Assembly: GCA_051362555.1 (NCBI GenBank)
Contig: CM120640.1
Coordinates: 17,918,001 to 17,982,000, forward strand
Origin: Lingula anatina
Taxonomy: Eukaryota > Animalia > Brachiopoda
Length of the DNA: 64,000 nt
Reading direction: 5' to 3'
Position 1 is the first letter of the stretch; every line of letters starts with the position of its first letter. The notes under the pieces were generated by a model that saw only the letters and a program-made list of their open reading frames with translations, did no database searches and was not told where the DNA came from. Positions 22,978 through 34,040 of this stretch are shown here, piece by piece. Made by a program: the position numbers and the translations under genes.

Positions 22978-24262
22978 GGTACAGCAGCGCCTGTGCTATA
23001 AAAGAAAATTACCATTAAAATGGACCTAAATTCTCTAAAAGCGACCCATTAATGACCGTTTTCCTTACTAAGGCCCGCTAACAGTAACAATCATTCATCA
23101 TTCACACAGATCAGCTCGCGTCCACCATAAAACAAATAAAAATCATGTGATTAGATTGTCACATTATTTTTCAAAGGAAGTTAACCAATAGCACATTTAG
23201 ATAATGGTTTTGCTGAAGTTGGCAATTATCACATTATCAGAAAAAACGTCACTCACGGTACCGCGGTAGAATGTGATCAAACCAACAATATATATTTACA
23301 GAACTTTCCACTTACAAAGACTTCTGAGTGTCAGATCGGTATCTTATAGTTACACAGGTTACGCTAGTAAACTACCTGAAAAGACCACTTTCCTATGTGT
23401 CACAGTAGCTATGCTTCAATCACTGGTAAAATGCATGTTATGTATCTGTAAGCTCCCCGCTCTGGTCGGAGAAAATAGATGGCGCTGTTCAAGACAAGCT
23501 TCAATGTTATAAGTACCCGCTTCCAGGGGCCCACAGTGATAATGGGTGCATTCACAGTGAATGTATAGTATTAGCTACTATGCACTAACTCCAGAGGACC
23601 CTCGCTGAATGCAATGGCATACAACACTTTAAAGTCGTGGTAGGCCTACCCTTTTTGGACCATAAATGACCTAGCTTTGTTTAGTCTTGTTCAATTCATA
23701 AATTGGGGATGCCGATTTTCACTAAAAAAAATTCTGATATTTCAATAAGGCAAGGACACAAATAAAATCAGAATAATTAATTATTCGATAAGCCCTTGGT
23801 GTTGGGACAAAAACGATTAATAGGAATGCAGAGTTTACAGTCAGCATGGTTTCTTTTCATAACATTGCAGCATCCAAATAGTTATGATGATCAGTACACA
23901 GACAATGTTACATCTATAGGTTACTAGCAATGGAAAAAAAATAAAAGAGAAAAATGAACATTCAGTGAAGTGCCTAGATATATTCTGGCTAATAACATTC
24001 ATCAAATAAGAACGCAAGATTGTAATGTAATGTAAGCCTTACGACACCTGATCACGGTCACGTTGTTCAGCTTCAAAAATTTGATATCTAGGCATGTATT
24101 GAGCATGATTTGTCTGTACCAGAACACCTTGACATGTAATTATGTCTGTTACTGAATAACAATCTGAAATCGAAATTGGAGAGGGATTTAAGGGAGTGAT
24201 GTAAGGCACAGGAGTATATTGTGTGGTGTATAACTACCTAAACATGCACTGACAGTGACTTT

Positions 24263-24288
24263 GTGTGTGTGTGTGTGTGTGTGCGTGT
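24263..24288. repeat. (TG)n microsatellite
   Basis: TG run. Confidence 0.9.
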
Positions 24289-25503
24289 GAAACGTTTTTC
24301 TACCTGGAGTACCGCGAGTAGCGGGAATTAGGGGGGTCGCGTAATCTAGATTTTTGCGTAATAATGCAAGCATTTTCGTATTCATGCCTTGCTAGTACGG
24401 AAAGTTTTCGTATTCAGTAAAGAAGGTTTTAAAAAACCATTTTGGATAATATTCGCACGTTACTCATACCACCAAAAATTAGACTGTTCTACAGAGGTTA
24501 CGAGATGCACATTAATTTTACTGACACATTTTGTCCTCAACAACCAAGTACATGTTTCACAATGCTTGTTAACGAAATTACTGTCTATGAAAATGCAGTT
24601 TCGTCTAAAACAATTAACTGTGTCCTGCCATCATATCGTCTAGCTAATCATGGATATAACTTAAGATTCTTTAAATGAGAATCATAGAGTATTCTCGTGG
24701 CAGGCGAAGCAAGTCCCGAGTTCGATTTTCAAGCAGTGTCGGTCACCTCACTTAAAAAACACAAATGAAGCTATTGTGTGCCTGGCCATGAAAACATTGA
24801 TAATGAGCAATTTACCTATTAGCATGTAAGCATATATGTACCTGATATCAGTATAGGGCCTACCTTTAATGTGCAAAAAAAAATATTCATTTGTTTCTGC
24901 TGCCTGGTATAAGTTAATCGAGATTTTTCATGTGACCCACTGCTGCTTTCTTTTGTTTCGTAAAATCACAATAACTTGTTTTTTTATTTCAAAGAATAAC
25001 AACTCAGTTAATTCCGAAATATGTTTTACAGTACTGAGGTGACTGTATCTGGTAAGTCCAGTGTACTTTCAATTGACTCACTACAATTCACTACAATCAA
25101 AACAATCATGCTCCCTCAGGCTGCCTCGAAAATGCGGTCACACTACTTCATTATCCACATTTTGGATCAGTGTTCGAATACACACGTACTATAGTGTCCT
25201 GCGAGACGTTCACGGCTACCTGTACCAGTTTAACGGACATCGGGCCTATCATAAATTTGGGGAGAAGGTATGTTGCTCAGAAATTGTCATCAAATTTGTC
25301 TGTACATTTCGGAGTCACTGCGTAATACTTATCACTCTTATTATAAAATAAAATGATAAACAAAATAATCAAAATAAAAATATAGTTAATAAAATGTGTA
25401 TGTTAAAAAATATTTCAATCAATTATGGGCATCACTTTCAAACGCCACTCCCTATTAACAAGTTGACCAGGGACGCCACCATGTGACTTTATATCACTGA
25501 AGC

Positions 25504-25538
25504 TATAAAAGCGCGAAATTTTGAAATTGCGTTCACTC
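25504..25538 (+). promoter_or_regulatory. Candidate Pol II core promoter (TATA + Inr)
   Basis: TATAAAA at 25504 with TCACTC at 25533-25538, canonical ~30-bp spacing, at the start of a CpG-richer segment. Confidence 0.55.
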
Positions 25539-28460
25539 AACGCAGACAGATCTGGAGCAGCGAGGAGGATGCCATGTATTGCGCCCCGTATCAAGCAAAA
25601 AGGAAACAGGAGTCAACTCGCATTTCTGCGAATCTTTTCCTCGTCCCAAGTCAACGCATCGCTCATCGACATGTTGTTTCTCGCACACGCAGGCGTCTTT
25701 ACGGTGGATTCGACGTTTCGTTTAGCTGGCCAGCTAAAAACCTTCGCTTCTCCTTATCCTCGCTCAGGAATCCTCGCTCAGGAATCGTCGCTCAGGAATC
25801 GTCGCAGGATACATCATCGGCTCTCTGCTATTGTGGGCTATATTGTTGTAGTGTCACTGTATATGTTTCTGTGCATTCCAGGTTTCTTTACATACATGTA
25901 CATAGGTAAGAAAAGTCATTAATCCATTTTTCTTTCTTTTAACAGAACTCGATTATAGCGATTCTCGATAGAGCTCCCATTGACAACTGCAAGGGGAAGA
26001 GGGCCACATCTACGCTTCAGCTTCTTCGATCAATCCTTGGTGCCAGCAAGTCCTGTCATGGTCTGTCTACGAGGTGGCTGCATTTGGAGAGCGTCCAACG
26101 AGTCCTGGCTGCATTGGGGAAGCGTCCAATGCATGTGGTGTTTCACTGTGATGGAAAACGCTTAAAGGTAAGCCATTCTACAAAGTGCTGACATAGGTAG
26201 GAAAAGTCATTAATCAGTTTTTCTTTCTGTTAACAGAACTCGATAATGGCGATTCTCAAAGGAGCTCCAAGTGACAACTGCAAGGAGAAGAGGAACACAT
26301 CTACACTTCAGCTACTTCGATCAATCCTTGGTGCCAGCGAGTCCTGCCCTTGTCCGTCTACGAGGTGACTGCAATTGGGAAGCGTCCATCGAGTCCTGTC
26401 ATGGTCTGTCTACGAGGTGGCTGCATTGAGGAAGCATTCAAGGCATTTGGTGTTTCACTGAGATGGAAACCCCTTAAAGGTAAGCCTGGCTGCAGAGTGC
26501 TGACATAGGTTAGAAAAGTCATTAATCCGTTTTTTCTTACTGATTACAGAACTCGATGATGGCGCTTCTCGATAGAGCTCCCACAGACAACTGCAAGGAG
26601 ATGAGGGCCACTCGGCTACTTTGATCAATCCTTGGTGCCAGCGAGTCCTGCCATAGACTGTCGACGAGGTGGCTGCATTGGTGAAGTGTCCAGCGAGTCG
26701 TGCCATGGTCTGTCTACAAGGTGGCTGCATTGGGGAAGCGTCCGGCGAGTCCTGTCATGGTCTGTCTTCGAGGTGGCTGCACTGGGGGAGCATCCAGCGA
26801 GTCCTGTCATGGTCCGTCTATGAGGTGGCGGCACTGGGGGAGCGTCCAAGGCATGTGGTGTTTCACTGAGATGGAAAATGCTTAAAGGTAAGCCTGACTG
26901 CAAAGTGCTGACATAGGTAGGAAAAGTCATTAATCCGTTTTTCTTTCTTTCTTTCATTGAGGGAGCGTCCAACAAGTCCTGCCATGGTGTGTCTACGAGG
27001 TGGCTGCATTGGGGAAGTGTCCAGCGAGTCCTGTCATGGTCTGTCTACGAGGTGGCTGTACTGGGGGAGCGTCCAAGGCATGTGGTGTTTCACTGAGATG
27101 GAAACCCCTTAAAGGTAAGCCTGACTGCAGAGTGCTGACATAGGTTTGAAAAGTCATTAATCCGTTTTTCTTTCTGTTTACAGAACTCGATGATGGCGCT
27201 TCTTGATAGAGCTCCCACAGACAACTGCAAGGAGGAGAGGGCCACATCTACACTTCAGCTACTTCGATCAATCCTTGGTGCCAGCGAGTCCTGCCATAGA
27301 CTGTCGACGAGGTGGCTGCATTGGAGAAGTGTCCAGCGAGTCCTGTCATGGTCTGTCTACGAGGTGGCTGTACTGGGGGAGCGTCCAAGGCATGTGGTGT
27401 TTCATTGAGATGGAATCCCCTTAAAGGTAAGCCTCACTGCAGAGTGCTGACATAGGTTAGAAAAGTCATTAATCCGTTTTTCTTTCTGTTTACAGAACTC
27501 GATGATGGCGCTTCTTGATAGAGCTCCCACAGACAACTGCAAGGAGGAGAGGGCCACATCTACACTTCAGCTACTTCGATCAATCCTTGGTGCCAGCGAG
27601 TCCTGCCATAGACTGTCGTCGAGGTGGCTGCATTGGGGATGTGCCCAGCGAGTCCTGTCATGGTCCGTCTACGAGGTGGCTGCATTGGGGGAGCGTCCAG
27701 CGAGTCCTGTCATGGTCTGTCTACGAGGTGGCTGCACTGGGGGAGAGTCCAGCGAGTCCTGTCATGGTCTGTCTACGAGTTGGCTGTACTGGGGGAGCGT
27801 CCAAGGCATGTGGTGTTTCACTGACATGGAAACCCCTTAAAGGTAAGCCTGACTGCAGAGTGCTGACATAGGTTAGAAAAGTCATTAATCCGTTTTTCTT
27901 TCTGTTTACAGAACTCGATGATGGCGCTTCTTGATAGAGCTCCCACAGACATCTGCAAGTAGAAGAGGGCCAAATCTACACTTCAGTTACTTCGATCAAT
28001 CTTTGGGGCCAGCGAGTCCTGTCATAGACTGTCGACGAGGTGGCTGCATTGGGGATGTGTCCAGCGAGTCCTGTCATGGTCTGTCTACGAGGTGGCTGCA
28101 CTGGGGGAGCGTCCAGCGAGTCCTGTCATGGTCCGTCTACGAGGTGGCTGCATTGGGGGAGCGTCCAGCGAGTCCTGTCATGGTCCGTCTACGAGGTGGC
28201 TGTACTGGGGGAGAGTCCAGCGAGTCCTGTCATGGTCTGTCTACGAGGTGGCCGCATTGGGGGAGCGTCCAAGGCATGTGGTGTTTCATTGAGATCGAAA
28301 ATGCTTAAAGGTAAGCCTGATTGCAAAGTGTTGACATAGGTAGGAAAAGTCATTAATCCGTTTTTCTTTCTGTTAACAGAACTCGATGATAGCGCTTCTT
28401 GATGGAGCTCCCGCTGATGGCTGTATACATATATTTAATAAAACTGGCCTGGATTGCATT
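25535..28460 (+). ncRNA. Putative spliced, polyadenylated repeat-built lncRNA
   Basis: TATA/Inr start, repeated AAAG|gtaag donors and polypyrimidine-ACAG| acceptors in the units, terminal AATAAA at 28437, and no long ORF across spliced exons. Confidence 0.4.
25946..28410. repeat. Higher-order tandem array: ~7 units of ~290-470 bp, each with variable numbers of a 52-bp subrepeat
   Basis: Units start at AACTCGAT (25946, 26237, 26550, 27184, 27496, 27912, 28380). Periods of 312, 416 and 468 differ by exact multiples of 52. Subrepeat: CGAGTCCTGTCATGGTCTGTCTACGAGGTGGCTGCATTGGGGGAGCGTCCAG. Confidence 0.95.
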
Positions 28461-28695
28461 TTTATATTATTATTAAGATGACCTTGACCTTTTTATAATT
28501 ATGTGACAGTTACATTAAAAATTAAATCGAATCAAAAGTTCTTTCGAAAACTTTAAAAAAACTTATGGTCAAATAATTTAAACATTATGACAAATCTACT
28601 TGTCCGAACAATAATAAGTTGAGTCGATGATTATATATTCAATAATACATTATTACACAGTCAATAATAATAACTGGAAAGTGTTGCCGTTTTAG

Positions 28696-28845
28696 AGAAT
28701 AAAAGAAAAGGAGATGAGACCCTTGAGAATCGCAATCGACAGCAAGAAGTGCAGAGACCTGATATTGCTGGCTTTGTCTTGGAAGAACACCGTCGATGAC
28801 TCGAAGGCTTACTTCTCACAGTTTGGTGAAGTCATCGTGGCACAG
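28696..28845 (+). pseudogene. Isolated, frameshifted TDP-43 (TARDBP) exon fragment (NLS + start of RRM1)
   Basis: ttttag|ENKRKGDETLEN /frameshift/ IDSKKCRDLILLALSWKNTVDDSKAYFSQFGEVIVAQ|gtact, compared with TDP-43 DNKRKMDET...[33 protein letters not shown]. Confidence 0.85.
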
Positions 28846-31800
28846 GTACTCGTTGCTACTCATTAAGATCATTGATATGGGTTTCACGAAAGAAAAGTAT
28901 CTTTAAAGTTAGTCTTTAATTTTAGACCAAAAAGATTAAAATGGAGCAGCCAGAGTTACTCCTGGTATCAAATGATTGCAATTTCGTTCTTCAAATAAAA
29001 CTAATTACTATTTTAAGTGAACTGCTTATGCCGAAGACTGCTTTAAATACACAATTTATGGAAATTAAACAAACTAGACAACAGTTCACTCTTGTGCGTA
29101 CCTTTAAATGTTGAAGTTAAGTCAGATTGATAGAAAACGAGCATCTAATCATAATTCTTAAAAACTAATTCATGCTAAAAGTTAATTTATATTTTGATTT
29201 AAGATAAGTTGATAGCATTGTAAAGGCCCTAAACACTTTCATGGGGGCAGCCCACTTAGTCACTCGAAATGAATTCCCTAGATGCTTGACAACTAATGAT
29301 TTTCATTTCAAGATTCTGGTAGAAAAGCCCTTTACCATGCACTGTTATGAAACGATCCACCGTCACCGTAAAAATGATTACCCTCGGCCATTATCCACTC
29401 TTTTGGGATGAACCACTTTTCAAAGTTAGTATATTGGGGGAGGGAGGTAAAGGGAAAAATTAAGGCTATTTTTCCTTTCTACATGTATTTACAGAATTCG
29501 ATTGTGGCAAATCCAGATAGAGATCCCACTTTTCGTAAAAAGATTCCAGCTGCATGGGGAACATCAGAAGAATATAGCGTTTCTCAGAAATGGAAATCTT
29601 CCAAGCCGTAACAGGTAACTCAAGTTATTTCGGAGAATATTACACTAAAGTCATTTTTCACTTTACAAAATTCTTAAGATAAAATTCTTAGCCACATTAA
29701 CTTTACATCTCCTTTTCACAAGGAAGTGCATCTTCCCCTTGACCCACTTCTAGAATAAAAAATTAAGTTTAGTGAGTTGGGTAGGGAGAACAGGTAAATA
29801 GGGAAACTAATGTCTTCTAAATTTCTGTTTTAAAGTTGAGGCAGAAGCATTGGTGAGCGCCTGGCCTGATGATAGTCTTTGCCTAGTTGTGATACCATTG
29901 GAATTTAGGAGCCTTTAATGTAAGTTATGGGCCAGGGTAGAGGGTGAACAATTATTCTATAAACTTTACAAATCTTTTGTCAATACAAATTCAATAAACT
30001 GGACATTTTGTGCAACGCCAAAGACAAAATTGTTTCAAATTAGACTGTTTGGAAACTGTTGTCTAGCCACTAAATGTAGACATTTTTCTATTTACAATTT
30101 ATTCAAGGAAATTCATATAGCAGACATTTTAGAATCCAAAAGCTCTTTCAATTTGTCACAAACGTGAAAAAAACTCATTTAAGTGGTCAAAAGCTTTTGT
30201 CACAAACTTGTAAAAAAATAAAAGAGAAAGAAATCGCTCACGCCTATCGGCCAACTTTCAGATCTCCATCAGTTACAATGTGACACACGTTGTGTTATCA
30301 CTAGTCTAGAATACAAGGCTACTACCACCCAATCTCGCCCTCAGTGCTGCGGTTGTGGTACTAAGAGACCATCGTACAGGTAAGCATGTATTTTCAACTG
30401 TTTTGTGTTGTTCGGATCGTTAGGCGTTTTCGTAATTCACATTCCTTCTTTTATCTCTCTTATTTTCTAGTCACTTTCTTTTTGTTGAATCTTAGCACTC
30501 TCCTAAATCATAATGTGGTTTTCTTGTTTTGTGCCTCAGATATATAATAGAATGAAATAATCGTGTTAAGAACCAAAGTATTATGAAACATCAAAATACT
30601 TATTAGGATTACAAGTGACATACATGTTCTTTATTGCAATTACTGCAAGCTTTCAATTACTTTTCATACTTTTGTGTGAACATGTTACATTTTATTGTAG
30701 GCTACGAAAGGACAGTTTTCCAGAAATAATGCCTGAACGCAGATACCAACAATCCTAGCCCAAATGTCCAAGATGCGAAACACTTAATGGTGCTAGCAAC
30801 GAGCCCCTGTAACAACTTTCATCGATGATTGGACGTCCTAGCAGTCTTGTTTTTTAAGGACACAGCTTGTCTGCACAATAAAAAAAATGAGAATGTGGAA
30901 TGGTAATGAAGAGCAATTTACTAAATATAAGAGGAATACAATCTAATAATGTACTCAAGCCTTTTATGTATTGGGTCACGGATATGGGTCGGGTGTAATT
31001 GTATTTAGTAAGTTTTATTTTTTCACTTAGGACAGTGAAACATTGAATTCCAATAGCTTAAGAGATAACTGACTTCAGTGCGTGATCATTTATAATTCCT
31101 TAAATGTTCAATTGAATAAGATTAATTGTGGTTCTGTGTGAAAATTTTGTCTGCCTCGACAGTTATTTTAAAAATTAAAAATAGAATATCCAGTTGCTTT
31201 ATTCACATTCTAAATGCAGATAGGTTTTTGCTCGCAAAGCATTGGTATCACCAACACTTATGGTCGTCTGTGTTTTATTTCAATCTTAGTGATGTAGTCA
31301 TTTTTCAAATTTGTGCTTTTGATGATGTGGAGTTGTTCGTCAGTATAGCGTTTGAGAAGATCATAATCCGCACACTTCCTTCAACTAACCATCACATCTT
31401 TGTAAAGTCCGACTTGATGTAAATGCTTTTACATGAAGAGGTTTTACATTGATAGCTTGTGCAAAATCTATAATGAAATATTTTACTTTTGGGAAAATAT
31501 TTCATTATATTTTTGTACTCCGTCTGTTCCTCGTGAGGGATGGCTGGGTGCACACAGTCATCTCTCAAGATTGAGGTTCGCACATTACTAACTTACTAAT
31601 ATTATGATATTCTCAAGTGCTATAGTTGACAAATATATCCAATTCATCATATATGCACCTTTTTTTTCCTCCGGACCCAAAAAATCACATTGAAATTTGC
31701 ATGGACGGTCATACAGTGTAATGTGAAATAAAATATGTCGAAGCAAGCTTTCCGTATTTTATTACTTGTATCATACTGGTAGTTAGATTATATTTGAGAA

Positions 31801-33844
31801 ACTTCTATTCGATTATGTCAAAGTTTAATATCAATCATTGATGTGTCTGGGTAATAATCATATCACCTGAACTATTATATTTTTTATCATGAGTGAGAAC
31901 TATATCCAAGTTTTGATGTATGCTTTCAGTTGTAAAATATTGAGTTACTTTATTTATGACTTCATCCTCCTAGATGAAGTTAAAATAAGCCTCGGTTTTA
32001 TTGTGTTAAGACTAGTATATGTCTTAATTGTCTTCAGTACATTTTTCAGTATGTTTCATCTTCTGAAGTACTTTTGAAATTGAATGTTACTGTATATAAT
32101 AGTTCAATAAAACTATTCTCTAATTTTTATTTTTTGTTAAAAAAAGGCGTGTACAGATGGAAAAATAATCGCTAGACTTGCAAATTAATATAAATGTTGT
32201 TGCATGCCTATGCACGCGGCTCCTTTAATTATCGTTCGAAATTATATTTTCAATTTCCCCTTCTCACTTGAACCTTATTTAAGATTTGGCGATTTCTGTC
32301 ACGTAGATTTCTTCCATAAAACTAGGCAATGCCCAGGTAATAAAATTGATTTTTGGATTTGGAAATAAAACTGCGGTGTTACGTAACTTTTCTCCTGGCG
32401 TAACTAGAGCCGATACTTAGACTATCCCGAGTCGTATTAGAGGCCCTAGAATAAACTATCTTAGATAAATATATCCCGCTGTAAATGTAAGAACCCAGCA
32501 CCTCTTGATGTTAGTGAAGGGGTACATTATGTATTGGGTCGTATCCAGGATTTCCTCGAGGGGGGTTCGTTTTTATTGATTCCCCCACCCCACGAAAAAA
32601 AAGCACTTTTCAAAATTCAGTGTGTTGACGGAACGATTCAAACCAAGCATTAAATAAATTATTTATAAATTAATATATTTTGATAATATTGTTAAAACAA
32701 TAAAGTCATTAAGTTCACGATGCAGGACTCGGATATTTTCGATATGTAAGAATTTTTGTCGCATACTCGATTGACGGACCACATCTAAGATGATCTCGCG
32801 ACATAATCAGCTATATGGCTGTGTAAAGAAAAGGATCGAAAGTAGGTCGATGGCATTGAAAGTCGCAGCCTCCCAGGGCCCGTTTTTGGGCACTTTTTAC
32901 TCTTAGTACAGAATTACTGTTTAAATATAAAATTCTGCATACTTCAAGATGACTTATTACCGTTTATATCCACTCTAAGGCAGCCAGTTGGGACATTTGA
33001 TGCCACTCACGCTTTACCCGTCTTGCAAACATATTTCGATCGTTATATTTCAAATGAATGCAGCTTCACGTCATAAGTTGAACCATCTTTTAACCACCAT
33101 ATTATATTAATCTATATATCAGTGATGTTAATGGCTATAGAGCGAAGTCTCTTTTAAATGATACTGGAAAATTGTACACAAAGATTATTAATAATAGTAC
33201 TTATTGATAATAGTATTTATTAAAATGGCGAATGAAAATAGAAAATGTAACGAAGACGACTGATATAATTGTATTTGAAAGAAATACATGTAAATAATTA
33301 GAAGAGTTGCCGTACGCCTGCATGGCAAAATTTCACAGCTGTGTCGTGACCAGTTGAACGTGATACTTCTACAATATTAAGCCATCCTACTGACAACAAA
33401 CATGGACGAATAATACGAATTTGCATTTTCGTCTACGCTGCAAAATACCTGATTTAATACAAATCTTACCATAACGCGCACTGCACCCTTTCTTAACTAG
33501 CCTTATTATTAATTGTACTCACAATTATAAAGCCATGAAACGGGTAAAGTTTTGTTAAACAAAGCGACATGAACATTCATATAGTAGCAAAGAGAGAAGG
33601 AAGGGAACATCGTTTTTCTCTCTTTCTCGATCTTGATCTCTCTCTTCCCCCACCCAAAATTTCCCCCGCGGTTGCACAATTGTAGTTAATATCATATTAT
33701 GGGTAAAATAACAAAATGAATAAAAATATAAAACAGATCTGAATACTGGAGCCTGCGGGTGCTGTTTTCTTATAGATATCATCATCAGATAGATTAATGT
33801 GCTGCAGCAGATACATAAGAGTTATAAATGTGATCCTGTATCGA

Positions 33845-33972
33845 TGACGTCACACTAAACTCGTAACGGGGCGTTGTCATGGCCCCAGTGTCGTACCTAT
33901 TGTTGATACCCATTGTTCACAACAATACTAACGTTTGCCATATTATTAAAACTATTGTAGAAGTTGACGTCA
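33845..33972. promoter_or_regulatory. Two full CRE palindromes (TGACGTCA) upstream of the repetitive orphan gene
   Basis: TGACGTCA at 33845-33852 and 33965-33972, within 200 bp of the candidate start codon at 34041. Confidence 0.55.
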
Positions 33973-34040
33973 TAATGTACTGACATGACAGGTAGTGACA
34001 TCACAGATTAGGTCATTTCCATAGATATCGTTTACGAATT

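Noticed and set aside
26455-26475. Hammerhead ribozyme core suggested by CTGAGATGGAAAC in the array units
   Set aside because: It lacks the full CUGANGA, has no room for stem II, and the motif varies among units (CTGTGA, TTGAGA, CTGACA).
26455-28339. Many overlapping ORFs in the array as real proteins
   Set aside because: They arise from a stop-poor GC-rich 52-mer whose copy number shifts the frame. No consistent frame is kept between units.
25946-28410. CRISPR-like array interpretation of the repeats
   Set aside because: There are no unique spacers: repeats are contiguous and degenerate, the context is eukaryotic, and no cas genes are present.
31126-31583. Cys-containing - strand ORF (possible LRR or cytokine remnant)
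   Set aside because: No convincing motif spacing and multiple stops downstream. It cannot be supported without a search.
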